From NCBI RefSeq assembly GCF_001194135.2, contig NC_068983.1, positions 19,355,380 to 19,419,379 of the forward strand: a DNA stretch of 64,000 nucleotides, read 5' to 3'. Shown in pieces: positions 26,154 through 40,126 of the stretch. The stretch's first letter is position 1, and the number at the start of each line of letters is the position of its first letter. The position numbers were made by a program, and so were the translations under genes. Below the pieces are notes generated by a model that was given only the letters and a program-made list of their open reading frames with translations, ran no database searches and had not been told where the DNA came from. The DNA comes from Octopus bimaculoides. Its lineage: Eukaryota.

Positions 26154-26651
26154 NNNNNNNNNNNNNNNNNNNNNNNNNNNNNNNNNNNNNNNNNNNNNNN
26201 NNNNNNNNNNNNNNNNNNNNNNNNNNNNNNNNNNNNNNNNNNNNNNNNNNNNNNNNNNNNNNNNNNNNNNNNNNNNNNNNNNNNNNNNNNNNNNNNNNNN
26301 NNNNNNNNNNNNNNNNNNNNNNNNNNNNNNNNNNNNNNNNNNNNNNNNNNNNNNNNNNNNNNNNNNNNNNNNNNNNNNNNNNNNNNNNNNNNNNNNNNNN
26401 NNNNNNNNNNNNNNNNNNNNNNNNNNNNNNNNNNNNNNNNNNNNNNNNNNNNNNNNNNNNNNNNNNNNNNNNNNNNNNNNNNNNNNNNNNNNNNNNNNNN
26501 NNNNNNNNNNNNNNNNNNNNNNNNNNNNNNNNNNNNNNNNNNNNNNNNNNNNNNNNNNNNNNNNNNNNNNNNNNNNNNNNNNNNNNNNNNNNNNNNNNNN
26601 NNNNNNNNNNNNNNNNNNNNNNNNNNNNNNNNNNNNNNNNNNNNNNNNNNN

Positions 26652-26684
<33 letters not shown>

Positions 26685-28049
26685 ACACACACACACATAA
26701 CACACACACACAACACATAAATGCACATGTACTCTTTCAGACGCATATGTAAAAATTAAATTTACTCGCTCCCATTTATATGCCTACTATGTATCTGGAG
26801 AATTGCACACACGTTCCTAAACGGTATACACAAAAATCAAGGCGTGTAAAGGCACTTGAAATATCTCAAAATCAGAAAAAAACTTGCTCTTAGCTATTGT
26901 ATACTGTGTTTAATCTTCTGCCATGCAAATGAGTACAGAAAGTGAGAGAACCAACACATTCCATCAAGATCTGCGAGGCCGTTATCCAAAATTCTAAGAT
27001 TGAATATTCACTTTTGATCGACTGCGTCAGAGAACTCGATTTTGCGTAAATCGAAATGGCCTGGAACGAAGTATATGTGCTTTCGTGATACCACAAATAC
27101 GTTTTTAAAAAATAACAATGGCTTTCAAAATTTATCTATTTCTCTCACTTAATGGACACCAGGCCAGTGTTGGTGCCCGTGATATTTGTCGACATCCGTG
27201 GCAGGTGACCCTGACGCTAGTGAAAAATAGGTGCACAATATGATTACTATTGTNNNNNNNNNNNNNNNNNNNNNNNNNNNNNNNNNNNNNNNNNNNNNNN
27301 NNNNNNNNNNNNNNNNNNNNNNNNNNNNNNNNNNNNNNNNNNNNNNNNNNNNNNNNNNNNNTATATATATATATATATGCATGACTAAAACGCACGCAGA
27401 AACTATATTTTCAGTGGATTGCACGGTAGTGACGTAAATATTCCATTTTTCTTAAGCGACTCTTTCCCTTCTTTTACACCAGTAGCTGCGTATCACGTTG
27501 TAGTAGTGTGATAGGATTTGGTGAGGTCATTCAGCCTAAATGCAAATAAAATTAGGTATTCCCAAAAGTTCGTATTCGTAACCTTCTCTTCTTTTTGTAA
27601 AGTTATGACCTACATAGCTCAGCGTCCAGTAATGCATAGCCGCACACAGATGATACGGCACCTTATTTTATTCTAACCTTCTTTGGCACGCATTAGCCAC
27701 GGCCAAATTAACCACAACCACATTAGCCACTCTACACATCAAACCTACATTGATTCCTTGAAAATATACACTGAAAGTTAACTCCGATGGGACGACGTTC
27801 ATTTAACAGAAACGAAACGATTGACATAAATGTCTCTCTCATTCCACCAAGCCACACACCGTCTAAACCTGTTCACCACTAAAGAGGAGCCCTCAAAAAT
27901 CACGCTTCAAATATCTGGTTCCATTAATACTCTAGTTCGTAACTTGGAAAAGTAATTATTTAACAAGCAAGGATTAAATCGCAAAACTTCCGCTTCTCTT
28001 AATCGCGATCTAATATATCACCATTTTATCACCATTTTTGGCAGAGTAT

Positions 28050-28620
28050 TGGTCGCAAATCTGGCAACGTATTTCTGCTGCACATACAAATATATTAGAC
28101 TACTGGGAACGAAAGGCTTTCCACTGATTTGTATATATAATTCCTCATATACACGTGATAGCCTCTCTCACATAGCTCTTACGTTGAAAAACTGCAAGCA
28201 CCCCGTTTACCAATATGTTCAGTCCTTAGTACTCAGAGAGTATGGACTCTGGAATCGAATTGCAAATTATTATCCCAAACATTAACGGTATTAATTTCAC
28301 TGCTCAACGATGTTCTGCGAAGAACATGGACGATGCACCTTCCCCAAGATCTAAGAACTCAAATAAGAGATAATCGGACACAGTTCCTGCAAAATTGTAT
28401 GACAGCCGACGCTTGTTCAATCACGCTTCTTCGCCAACGTTTATAATTGTTCTGATTATCAAAGCAATTATTTCTTTTGAGTACCCAGCTTTTGTCTAAT
28501 AATAAAGAAAACCGATATATCCTAGCTCCAGTATAGTCACAAACATTTTCCAACTAGTGCCAATAGTGAAAGCACCGACGCCTTCGCAATTACGGCAAAC
28601 CGTTTGTGTGCGTGTTTGTG
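28050..28620 (+). mobile_element. Possible very old Penelope GIY-YIG/pLTR remnant
   Basis: ORF 28049-28285 ending ...LSHIALTLKNCKHPVYQYVQS..LREYG loosely resembles a PLE endonuclease tail. A decayed HHR-like hairpin GCC..GGC-AAAC follows at about 28575-28612. Confidence 0.3.
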
Positions 28621-29008
28621 TGTGTGTTTGACGTTGGGTCTAGAATGGAAGTTGATATAGATGGGACTTGAAATCTTATTACACACAAGTCAGAAATAAA
28701 TATCAGTAGAAACCCTATCCGATTCTTTAATGTCTCTGCTCATGTGCCGACTTGAAAAATAGTAAGTATATTTTATTATTATCACTTCACATTTCTCTTA
28801 TATTTTACAATCTACAACCAAACTAGTTTATATTGTTCTGTCCGTAAGTACTATTTATATATTCTCTTTATGCATTTATACAAAATGTATCTCAAACCCG
28901 GTGACAACAAATGTAAAATTTCTATAAGTGTAGTCGCGGAAACCATCTCAATTTTCTTCATGACGCCAACAAAATTATATATATTTATCCATTCCTACAT
29001 GCACACCT

Positions 29009-29067
<59 letters not shown>

Positions 29068-29949
29068 NNNNNNNNNNNNNNNNNNNNNNNNNNNNNNNNN
29101 NNNNNNNNNNNNNNNNNNNNNNNNNNNNNNATATATATATATATATATACATACGTGTGTGTATGTGCGTGCACATGTATGCAAGCATATATACATGGCG
29201 CCAAATTTGTATATTCACATTACTGATGTGCTCATCGACATAAGTTGAATAATGTGTTCTAAGCTGCGTTAATACATAGAACATTTTATATGCGGTAAGG
29301 TTGTACAGCAATAGAAACTAATGTCGGCGGTACAGTTCTAGGTACGAAATCTTTATTTAATAGAAATTCTGTTTAAAGAAGGGTATCTCAACAATGATAT
29401 ATTTATGGTGTTTGTTGCACAGGCTCCAGAGTGTCGCATAGTTTATTTCATTTCGACAATTTTAATCTGTTGCCATTTCAGCTGGGTAAGAACGAAGCAA
29501 TTTAACAATACAATAATGTAATATTACTGTACGAATTATACAGTTTAAGAATCTAATGCATGCATCTATTTTGGAAACTATAAAATTTCGATAATATTAC
29601 GTGAGTGTGAGAAACGGTAATACGTCTTAAATTAAAAAAAAAAAACGTAAAAAAGGTTGAATATATAATTATGAGGTTACTTGTTTCGCAGTACTGATAC
29701 AACATATGTTGTAGAAATCTTATATTTTCCCGTTATTCAAATGCCTTCATGTTACTTGGAGTGCCCCAAGTATGTATCTCGCGTAGCTAGTATATTATCT
29801 AACCTCTAAAAAATGCATCATTATAATGCAAATTACAAACAATAAATTTAATACAAGGATACAAATGACAAACCAATAATTATTTATATTATACGACGTA
29901 ATATACTATGAATATAATATAATATAACATAAATAGCTTACGTAACGGA

Positions 29950-30300
29950 CAGAGTCAACGACTATTAAAAAGGTTGCAAGACGCAACGAACATTTTAGAA
30001 AATTGAAAAAAGAAGGGGAACATTTACCAGTGATTGTGTTAAATTATAAGGCACAAAAAATGACTCTCCCCAGACACAACAGAATATGCTTCAACACAAG
30101 AATATACGCAAAGAATCTTACAAACCAAATCTAAAAACGATATGACATAAACAATTATTTAAAACAACCAAAATAGACAACGATCTGTTTCGACGTATGT
30201 ACGTTTTTAGACATATAAACAATTCAGTTCCCTTATATATAAGCCTCATTAGGTTAGCTGGTGCGTAGATAGACGAAATTCCGTTTCTAGATTAAGAAAC
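29950..30300 (-). mobile_element. Non-coding repeat, probable Penelope pLTR, with a partial inverted copy at 30510-30600
   Basis: TAGACGAAATTCCGT (30270-30284) pairs with ACGGAATTTCGTCTA (30517-30531). Flanking sequence also aligns (CT[A/G]AT[G/A]A..CTTATAT..TATAAGGGAA). Confidence 0.55.
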
Positions 30301-30946
30301 ATCCTGACACTTAACTATATACATACATATCATTGTTGTATGTTATTATAATAGCGAAAGAAAGACATAAACGAGTTTAGAATGGATATTATGTGATATA
30401 TATATATAGAAATATATTTCGAGAGTTGTAGTTTCTACTTAATTATTTTGTCTGTTATTATTTTGTTGTATTTCTTTTTATTTTTGATGTAATTGATATG
30501 TAGCTGAATGATTAACACGGAATTTCGTCTATTTGCACATGAATTGCCCTGATAAGTCTTATATCTATAAGGGAATAAAATTCTTTATATATATTGTTAG
30601 GTGTTTTTTTTTAAATAATTATGTTATATCATAATACAAATAAATTATTGGATTGTCATTTGTATCTCTCTATTTAATTTATTATATATATATATATATA
30701 TATNNNNNNNNNNNNNNNNNNNNNNNNNNNNNNNNNNNNNNNNNNNNNNNNNNNNNNNNNNNNNNNNNNNNNNNNNNNNNNNNNNNNNNNNNNNNNNNNN
30801 NNNNNNNNNNNNNNNNNNNNNNNNNNNNNNNNNNNNNNNNNNNNNNNNNNNNNNNNNNNNNNNNNNNNNNNNNNNNNNNNNNNNNNNNNNNNNNNNNNNN
30901 NNNNNNNNNNNNNNNNNNNNNNNNNNNNNNNNNNNNNNNNNNNNNN

Positions 30947-30987
<41 letters not shown>

Positions 30988-31876
30988 GTATATATATATA
31001 TATATATGTGTGTGTGTATATATATATATGTATGTATATATAGTATATTTCATAGTCTCGGCTGTAATTTGGAACTCTGCCTTTTATGTATTTTTTCGGA
31101 AAGCAAAATGTACAGAACAGACACATTGTCAACCAATTTAGACCCTGAATGAAAATTATTTCTGATATTGAAACCAGACAAAATAAAACAAAGAAACGTC
31201 CCAAGTCAAATTTAAATTGACAACATAAAGAAGGGACATATGTTTAGCTGATGCATTCCTTTGGTATAACATTTGTACCCACCATACCATTATTTTATCC
31301 CAATCTATAAACACGTATCATCTCTCCTACTTCAATAAAATATCATCCACGTTCTTTCAGTCGACAACATACATTCCTTAATATTCTTTGACCGTTTAAT
31401 CTTCTAAGAAAGCTATATCCTTTTCCGTTAGAGTCACTAGTCTGTAACCAACTGTTAATCTTCACAATCCTATGCTTCCACTCGGTGTAAAAAGAACTGC
31501 AGCACTATAACTAATATAGTGTGTTGATCTCTGAGCTATGGAGATCAATCACACGTGTGTGTACGCACTCAACCTCACAAATCTGCACACGTGTGTTTCA
31601 AAATGCAATATAAATATACTAGATTTTTAATAAAATCCTTTATTGTCTCATGTTATGAAGGTTGATAATATAATTCCCCAAATTTATTTTAGAGCAATTA
31701 TAGTTAATGCAACATCAAACATACGAAGGCACAGTAACGTAAACTTAGCTATACAGACACACTGAAACTGAACATTCATACATATACACAATCTCGATAT
31801 ATATATATATATGTGTGTGTATGTGATTGCGTGCGTTTATAAGGGCGCGCGCGTGTATGTTTGTATGTATTTATAC

Positions 31877-31916
<40 letters not shown>

Positions 31917-32676
31917 TACGTATGTATATATGCAGCAGAGCACGGGTGTTGGTGCAGAAGACTACAGATATCTAGGGTTTATTTACTATATTAGGGAAAA
32001 GAAATATGTTTGTGGAAATGATTCAGCCGTATGTGTGAGGTGAAAAGATGCATGTAATTCATTCTACACAACAAATTGCTTCAGAATACTCTCATAAGAA
32101 TAAAAAAGATGGAAGTGTAATCTAATTCAATAAGATTACGTCTAGTGCGCACAGAAAAACAACCTTTATGATAGATACGGAAACATCTTTACTATTCTAC
32201 CTTTTCTTAAAAAAATGTTTTCCAAGCTCTTACACACAGCAATTACATTATATGGTGGACATACTAGAGAGAATTAATTCCATATATACAGTGTGTATCG
32301 TAATATCTAGTATACTTATACACACACACACACACACACACACACAATCATGCTGTCTTACGTAACATAATTTAAAGCTGATGTAACTCTCAATAAGAGA
32401 GATGTACGTGGTCTTATACTAGAACAAATTTGTGGTGATAACCCTTTCAGAAAACATACACATGTATAAACTGAAAGGATCATGATTTGAACATAATTTG
32501 ATCGCATCAGCTTCTGTTGTGTTACAATCATGTATTCACTCTTCGCCAATATATACTGCATCTAAATTATGAGTAGATATAATCTGGATGTACACACAAC
32601 CATTCACGAACACGCACATATGCACGCAACCGTACGTTTATGACTCCATATACATATAGAGAGAGACATGTAGAGT

Positions 32677-32719
<43 letters not shown>

Positions 32720-34299
32720 TGGGTAAAATATAGAGATATGAACGTGGGCTTGAATTTGATGTATTAATATAGAATAGAAAACACACACGCACGCACACAC
32801 ACACACACACACACACACATATGTATATAACGTTTTTATAATATTCCCCCTATTGTCTATTATTTTTACCATTATTGTTCACGATGTTACATTTATATAT
32901 AATTTCATAACGAATAAAAGGCATTTGGATTTTACGTAAGGACCAGGCGTTGATTGAAATCGTTTCATTCAATTAATAATCGAATAACATCTGAGACCTG
33001 ACGATAGATTAGATATGGCATGAACTTTATTCAATTAAATTGGTATCACTTAATATATATTTGCTCACCATTACATAACATTCATACCATGTACATTTAA
33101 AACCAGTTAGAGTTCTCACCATATATTGCAATTTCTCATGCTGAATATATAAAGAAGTTAACTCAGTTCGCTTCGTACCATGCTTGTTGAATGGATATAC
33201 AGAGAATAATATACGGCTTGCATGTGCAACTGCACATATCCTGTGCAGCAGAAACACGTATATCCAAGTAATTATGTTGTATGACTAACTGTACCGCTAA
33301 AAGAAAAATTTAATGATGTACGAGTTTCAATAGTCTTTATAATTGTTTCATACACAATCACACACCCATACATACTTACAAACAAACATACATGCAGAAA
33401 CATACATATATACGAGCATATCACGTAGGTAAATTGAAATTTAGAGGTAATACTTGACAATTGTAAGCACCTGTGTATTCCAGCTAGTGGTTGCGGTGAA
33501 AGAATAAATTGTAAATCCAAAACAAAAAAATAACAACAAAACTACAAAGGATTCCGCGGTACACGTGTTTCAAGCTCTACATGTGTATAATATAATCTAA
33601 TATAACATAATATTATAACATAATATAATATGTGTATAATCTACAATGTAAAGCTATCCTCAGCCGCAAAATTATTGTAAGCGTTCGAACTAAACCTCTG
33701 GCCTGAGAATAGAAACAAACGCACTCTTCCTACTGCAGTAACCTTTAAGTTATGATTTCTTCCTCTCTTCATGTCCACTACTCAGAGCTTCTGCAAAATT
33801 CATGGTTCTGCCATCCATTCAAAGAAAATCTTGTTTCGATTTACATATTCAATCGATTAAACTACAACTTCTTTCATTAGAATACAAAGCTTATTATTAA
33901 ACTGGTCAAAATATAACCGATAAAACATAAAACATAAGAAATACAAAGAAATTAACAATTAAAGAATTAAAAATTAAACCATAACGACACCGGAAGCAAA
34001 AGGGTATAAAATAAATGTAAAAGTATAAAGTGAAGTATATATATAAACAAAATATATATATATATATATATAAATATATGAAAATAACGTAAAAATAGAA
34101 AAAAAAAAATATAAAAAAAAAAATAAAAAAAAAAAATAAAAGTAAAAATAAAAGTAAAAAACACAACTTATAAGCAGTATAGATAGTATACACACATATA
34201 TATACCCACATACGTACACATACACACAGTGTTATTTCGTGTTATAACTTCGTATTGCAGTGTCCTTGGATGGTTTCGAGTCAGTGACTGAAGCTAGAA

Positions 34300-36400
34300 C
34301 TATATCCATAGGTTTGGGATTATGGAACCGGTTTATTGAAAGTATGTGTAAACTAAAAATTAAAAATATGTGTAAACTAGAAGTTAAAAATATGTTTAAA
34401 TTAAGTGGTCATAACCTAGTTCTTCGAGGGTAAACCAAAATACTGATGTATATCGTAAGGTTAGGGGTAGAGTACGGGCTATGTTATTTAGGTGTCTGGA
34501 TTGTGGTAGGTAGGAATAGTTAAATATATAAATGAGGTGTAGAAGTGCACAAAACTAAAAGGGAGGATTTAAGGGTTATAATATCTAAAGGTTTTCATCA
34601 AGTTATGGATACAGGAGGGTTTGAAATCTGACCTCTTATTAATTAGTTTATTTTTATCAGGAAATTTAATTATTTTCAAAAGTTCAAGGGAGCATAACTG
34701 GCAACCAGTTCTATTATCTTTATATGTAGGGGCCGATCCAACAATAGACCATCTAAGGTTAAAATTAATCTTGTCGTCCTTAAGCTCCCAACTTCTGCGA
34801 GATAATGAGGTGTTGTTAGCCTTATGTCTGAGTCTAAACGAAGATCCGTGGTTATAAAACCTAGATTTCCAGGATGAAGAGCATCCCAGGTATGTGAGGG
34901 TGTTAGTTTCTGTGATAATTTCGCAGGAGTATATTATGTTTTTAGCTAAGCAGTTTCCGCGTAACGGCCATGTTGTAGGTGTTACACAATTGCACCCGAT
35001 TTTACATNNNNNNNNNNNNNNNNNNNNNNNNNNNNNNNNNNNNNNNNNNNNNNNNNNNNNNNNNNNNNNNNNNNNNNNNNNNNNNNNNNNNNNNNNNNNN
35101 NNNNNNNNNNNNNNNNNNNNNNNNNNNNNNNNNNNNNNNNNNNNNNNNNNNNNNNNNNNNNNNNNNNNNNNNNNNNNNNNNNNNNNNNNNNNNNNNNNNN
35201 NNNNNNNNNNNNNNNNNNNNNNNNNNNNNNNNNNNNNNNNNNNNNNNNNNNNNNNNNNNNNNNNNNNNNNNNNNNNNNNNNNNNNNNNNNNNNNNNNNNN
35301 NNNNNNNNNNNNNNNNNNNNNNNNNNNNNNNNNNNNNNNNNNNNNNNNNNNNNNNNNNNNNNNNNNNNNNNNNNNNNNNNNNNNNNNNNNNNNNNNNNNN
35401 NNNNNNNNNNNNNNNNNNNNNNNNNNNNNNNNNNNNNNNNNNNNNNNNNNNNNNNNNNNNNNNNNNNNNNNNNNNNNNNNNNNNNNNNNNNNNNNNNNNN
35501 NNNNNNNNNNNNNNNNNNNNNNNNNNNNNNNNNNNNNNNNNNNNNNNNNNNNNNNNNNNNNNNNNNNNNNNNNNNNNNNNNNNNNNNNNNNNNNNNNNNN
35601 NNNNNNNNNNNNNNNNNNNNNNNNNNNNNNNNNNNNNNNNNNNNNNNNNNNNNNNNNNNNNNNNNNNNNNNNNNNNNNNNNNNNNNNNNNNNNNNNNNNN
35701 NNNNNNNNNNNNNNNNNNNNNNNNNNNNNNNNNNNNNNNNNNNNNNNNNNNNNNNNNNNNNNNNNNNNNNNNNNNNNNNNNNNNNNNNNNNNNNNNNNNN
35801 NNNNNNNNNNNNNNNNNNNNNNNNNNNNNNNNNNNNNNNNNNNNNNNNNNNNNNNNNNNNNNNNNNNNNNNNNNNNNNNNNNNNNNNNNNNNNNNNNNNN
35901 NNNNNNNNNNNNNNNNNNNNNNNNNNNNNNNNNNNNNNNNNNNNNNNNNNNNNNNNNNNNNNNNNNNNNNNNNNNNNNNNNNNNNNNNNNATTATCAAAT
36001 GATATCGTCTGGGATATAGAGGGCTTGATTATAATGATGGGCATGTTCCTTGAAAATGTTTTCATTCGAGGATAGTTTGGTAAGTCTGTCCGAAACAGCC
36101 TGGACGGTTGTGTTAATTATAGAGGTGGGGGTGATTGGAAAGTGTGTTAATATAACTAGTGGTTTCTTCAGGTTTCCTGTACGGGTGGTGGAGTCCTTCA
36201 TCTAAGTCTAGTGTAGCATCCAGAAAATTAACAATCTTATAGTTAGTCATAAATTCAAGTTTTAAGTTGAAGGATTTGAAAAAATGTCTAATCTTTTTCC
36301 TAACTTTTTCAAGGGTGCTCTTGTTATTGATAGGGTAAATAAAAAGAGCATCTTCTCTGAATAGACCCCCTTGGAGTTCTGGTACCAGCATACGTATGTA
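34300..36400 (-). mobile_element. Penelope-like element (RT and GIY-YIG) spanning an N-gap
   Basis: RT part 35991-36391 reads GGLFREDALF...IVNFLDATLDL.EG.HHPYRKP..TTSYINTLSNHP. EN part 34569-35007 reads CNC..PTTWPLRGNCLAKNIIYSC...TYLG.SSSWKSRFYNH..SF...TSLS...W...CQLC..E.L.I...LINKRS. Confidence 0.92.
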
Positions 36401-36699
36401 TATATCTACTTATTTATATATTTCTGCATTTTTTTTTTCAAAATTGAGGAGAATAAATCGTATGTTGAAACACATATCGTTATATTTGTAGAGGGTCATA
36501 TTTGACTATTTAAACAAACATACTATATTACTGATTTTCACTTTAGCTTTATTATTGTCAGTTCCAGTTTTAGTCTATTTGTCAAGGTTTCTTAGTTATA
36601 TATTCTGTGATCAGAGAAATCATGTTTCAGAGAAATCAAAATTATTCTGCTGATATGTACTGCCCACATCTTTAGAAAAGCTCTACCAATTTAAATCTA

Positions 36700-36820
36700 T
36701 GTTACTGTCCCTGCAACATTCCTTCCCAGAGGTTTCAGTCATACAGTAACATCTGTTCTTCTTCACTCGCCCTAGCATGCATGGTGAGTCTCGGGAAGTG
36801 ATTGTAACAAACATGCAGGA
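36700..36820 (+). mobile_element. 3' end of an R4/Dong-type element abutting (AAT)n
   Basis: GGTGAGTCTCGG...TTGTAACAAACATGC resembles the 3' terminus at about 40605-40640, and is followed by (AAT)n. Confidence 0.55.
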
Positions 36821-36920
<100 letters not shown>

Positions 36921-36930
36921 NNNNNNNNNN

Positions 36931-37053
36931 GCAAAACACTTTCAATACAGTAAACATAAGAGCACCACAGCAAACCACAGCACATACCCAAGGCGCACAG
37001 AGCTGCGCTCGGTAGTGAAGTGAAAGCACGTTAAAAAAAATAAAACTACTGAA
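36931..37053 (+). mobile_element. R4/Dong family 3' end (short truncated copy)
   Basis: Near-identical to 37448-37568 (GCAAAACACTTTCAATACAGTAA...GAGCTGCGCTCGGTAG...AAAACTACTGAA), followed by (AAT)n. Confidence 0.85.
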
Positions 37054-37073
37054 CAATAATAATAATAATAATA

Positions 37074-37109
<36 letters not shown>

Positions 37110-37568
37110 GAAATGGAACAACTTTCAAAACACAAAGAAATTAAGACAAATAGACCAGATATAGTTGTCAAAGATCATGAAGAAAAAAAATGCTTTCTAA
37201 TTGATGTATCAATACCAGCAGATGACAACGTTTCTCTAAAAGAAATGGAAAAACTTTCAAAATACAAAGACCTGGAAATAGAGATAACTCGAATGTGGAG
37301 TCTAAAAACAGAAACAATTCCTATCATAGTAGGTGCCTTAGGTATAATAAAAAAATATTCAGACAAATACATGACAAAAACACCAGGACTTACAAATATA
37401 TATAACATACAGGCAATTGCACTACTAAGTACTGCACACATCCTACGCAAAACACTTTCAATACAGTAACCATAAGAGCATCACAGCAAACCACAGCACA
37501 TACCCAAGGTACACAGAGCTGCGCTCGGTAGTGGAGTGAAAGCATGTTATAAAAATAAAACTACTGAA
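37110..37568 (+). mobile_element. 5'-truncated R4/Dong element: open REL endonuclease frame plus 3'UTR
   Basis: ORF 37113-37469 reads KTNRPDIVVKD...CFLIDVSIP.D.NVS.KEMEKLSKYKDL..EI.RMW....IPIIVGALG...TAHILRKTLSIQ*. Flanked by (AAT)n. Confidence 0.93.
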
Positions 37569-37604
37569 TAATAATAATAATAATAATGATAATAATAATA
37601 ATAA

Positions 37605-38080
37605 AAATTGCTGGACATATTCAAAATTTCTCCTGTGATTTTAGAATTTTTAAAGTATAATATATCACTATGGAACTCGAAGCTCCAATTATATCATTCT
37701 AATGGACTATTGCGCTCAAACAATATTAGCATAAACTGTGGCATTTTCCAAGGTGACTCACTTTCACCACTAATTTTCTGCATAGCACTAATACCACTCT
37801 CAAGTGAACTGAATAGAACAGGGAATGGCTACAAAATTGACAACAGGAAAATAAGCCATCTTTTTATATGGATGATTTAACCGTATATAGCAAAGATGAT
37901 GAAGAGTTTGAAGGACTACTACATACTGTGAAAGGATTCAGTGATGATATCGGGATGGAGTTCGGCCTTGGAAAGTGTGCAAAAGCCACATTTAAGAAAA
38001 GGAAACTGGTTAAGTCAAGTTCAATCGAATTAGATGTCGAAACAGTAATAAAGCAAAAAGAAAACAGAATAATCATTTTG
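37605..38080 (+). mobile_element. R4/Dong RT core fragment
   Basis: INCGIFQGDSLSPLIFCIALIPLS...ISHLF / YMDDL...DIGMEFGLGKCAK, with a frameshift in the T-run at about 37861. Confidence 0.92.
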
Positions 38081-38149
38081 CTTTTTAAAAAATATATAAA
38101 TCAGTTGTATAAACAAGTAGAAAAATAAAGGATTCCCGTCATAAAATAT

Positions 38150-39660
38150 ATACATAGTATGTCCTTTTATCAAACATATTAAACAACAAATTAGGAAAAT
38201 AGGTCTGAAAACATTCTATCCCTAAAATTTAAACCGAAGAATTTAATGAATGAGCAATTGTATTTAGGAAGAATTAATTTATCTTTACTATCATAAGATT
38301 GCACAAGATTTTTTATCTACGTATCTGTTGACTGTTCTTTTCTCTTTTTGTGTGAATTATCTCCTCTTTGAGCATAAATTAGTTTGATCTGTGTCAGGGA
38401 TTGCTCTTTTCGAAGAGCATCAAGATGTTTGGGTGCTTGCCTCTTATTGATGTGTGCAATGCTGAGTGAAACATTTCAAGAGCATTGTTTGTCCGAGGCA
38501 ATTCCTCAATTACTCGATTGTAAACATTAACGGGAAACAAAGCTTCTTCTCGTCTGCCACGGCTTCCTATCTTTCGTTCAATCTATGTGAGGTCGAAAAA
38601 GCTTATAAAATCTATTGGAATTGATTCGTTCTCACATACATCTTCATAAGTGTCAATTAATTCTTCTGGTGATAAAAATGTCAATGTGCAGAACATTTTT
38701 ATTTTAGTGGTAACAGAATCATCAGTGCTATATTCAAATTTATATCCGAGTTGGCATAATTTCCTATAAACTATCTGGCAAAAATGAAATAAACAACCTA
38801 CGCTGGTGCTTTCATTGATGTTATGGTCACATCTGTTACAAATTGCCCGTTCAAAGTCAATCAATACCTGACGAGGTTTAATATTTGGCCGCAATTTTTT
38901 TTTATTTCAAGTAAAGTCTTGTCGTATGTTGCTTGCGTTTTGTCCGGCAGTAGAAGGAAAATTCGAGGATAAGATCTACCAGTTATGATAGCATGAATGA
39001 TGAAATGCTGATACCATGCACTTGGTGATGATTTGAATGCGTCTTCCATTCCTAAAAATGAGGTGATTTCCAGTTGTTGAAGACCTTCGTTAGAGACAAA
39101 GATTAAGAGCCTCTTTTCATCATTACTGCCTATGTTGCAATGCAGGAACAAATCACCGCCTTCCAAGAATTTACAAGAATCAGTGACTTGAAATCCCGTT
39201 CGATGGAGAGACAACGGAGGAGCACCAAAATATCTATTGCGCCAGTTTGTAATACTTCTAGAAACTATTTTCAACTGTGGTAATTCATATTTCACATTCT
39301 CACTAATATTATTTGTAGTTCCGGAAATGAGCACTCGAGTACTTGTTTCAACTCCAAATTGCAACTTTTTTCTTAATGCTGAAATGGCGAATCGTGCTTC
39401 CACTGCATTCGGTGCTACTTCATGATCATAACTATTGATTATTGAAATAATTATAAGTTCACCTGGTTTATTCTCTGTATGAACACGAGCACGACATGTA
39501 CTGCAAATCACACAGCGCCACAGTTTCCTTGTCTCATTGGAACTAAATTTATGAATGTCGTAAACATAATTATGTTTATCAATCAATTTGCTTCTGTTTT
39601 AAACATTTTAAAAATATTTTGCAGCCATACAAGGGTTTCTTAAAATTGGAAATATTTGTT
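38150..39660 (-). mobile_element. MULE (Mutator-like) DNA transposon with FLYWCH-type N-terminal domain, decayed
   Basis: ORF 38861-39586 reads NYVY...LWRC....CRARVHT...HD/H, then FLGMEDAFKSSPSAWYQHFIIHA...P.IF.LLPDKTQATY. ORF 38583-38894 reads VLIDFERAI...GCLFHFCQIVYRKL. An HPNI motif is near 38430. Confidence 0.88.
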
Positions 39661-39734
39661 ATCCTGTGAACGAAATGACGTGTGGGCGAACGTACTCCAT
39701 AGTGGGCGAAAAGATAAATAGATACAACCCTCTT

Positions 39735-40030
39735 AAGTAGGAAATTCTTCGGCTTTGGAAAATGAAGAATATGAAGACAGTGCCATTTATTGCTGGGTCC
39801 TTGGGAAATGTATCAAAAGATATCAAGAAGAATATAAAGGGAATTGCAATAGAGTGCCCAGTAGAACTGCTACAAACGATTTTCCTCCTTGGCACAGCCA
39901 GAATAATCAGGAAACTATCACATAGCTGCAAAGAACGAATAGCAAAGAACGAATAGCATGATACCGTAGGCTGCAGGTAGTAAGAACGCTACGCATGTAA
40001 GATTTCAGGAGGTCCAACAAAATCTGTTAT
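39735..40030 (+). mobile_element. 3' end of a further R4/Dong subfamily
   Basis: RLWKMKNMKTVPFIAGSLGNV...LQTIFLLGTARIIRKL, then a UTR, then (ATA)n. Confidence 0.8.
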
Positions 40031-40036
40031 GAAGAT

Positions 40037-40037
40037 G

Positions 40038-40125
<88 letters not shown>
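40037..40125. repeat. (ATA)n tract
   Basis: Directly visible. Confidence 0.97.

Positions 40126-40126
<1 letters not shown>

Noticed and set aside
26890-27096. 68-aa ORF with a hydrophobic stretch, possibly a host exon or GPCR fragment
   Set aside because: No diagnostic motif, no convincing splice-bounded frame, and stops in the continuation.
33027-33257. 76-aa non-repetitive ORF
   Set aside because: No recognisable domain; the length is expected by chance.
34262-34312. AGTCA-C-TGACT hairpin followed by GAAAC at the 3' end of the PLE as its pLTR hammerhead
   Set aside because: The CUGANGA core is not recognisable and stems I and III do not pair; at best a heavily decayed relic.
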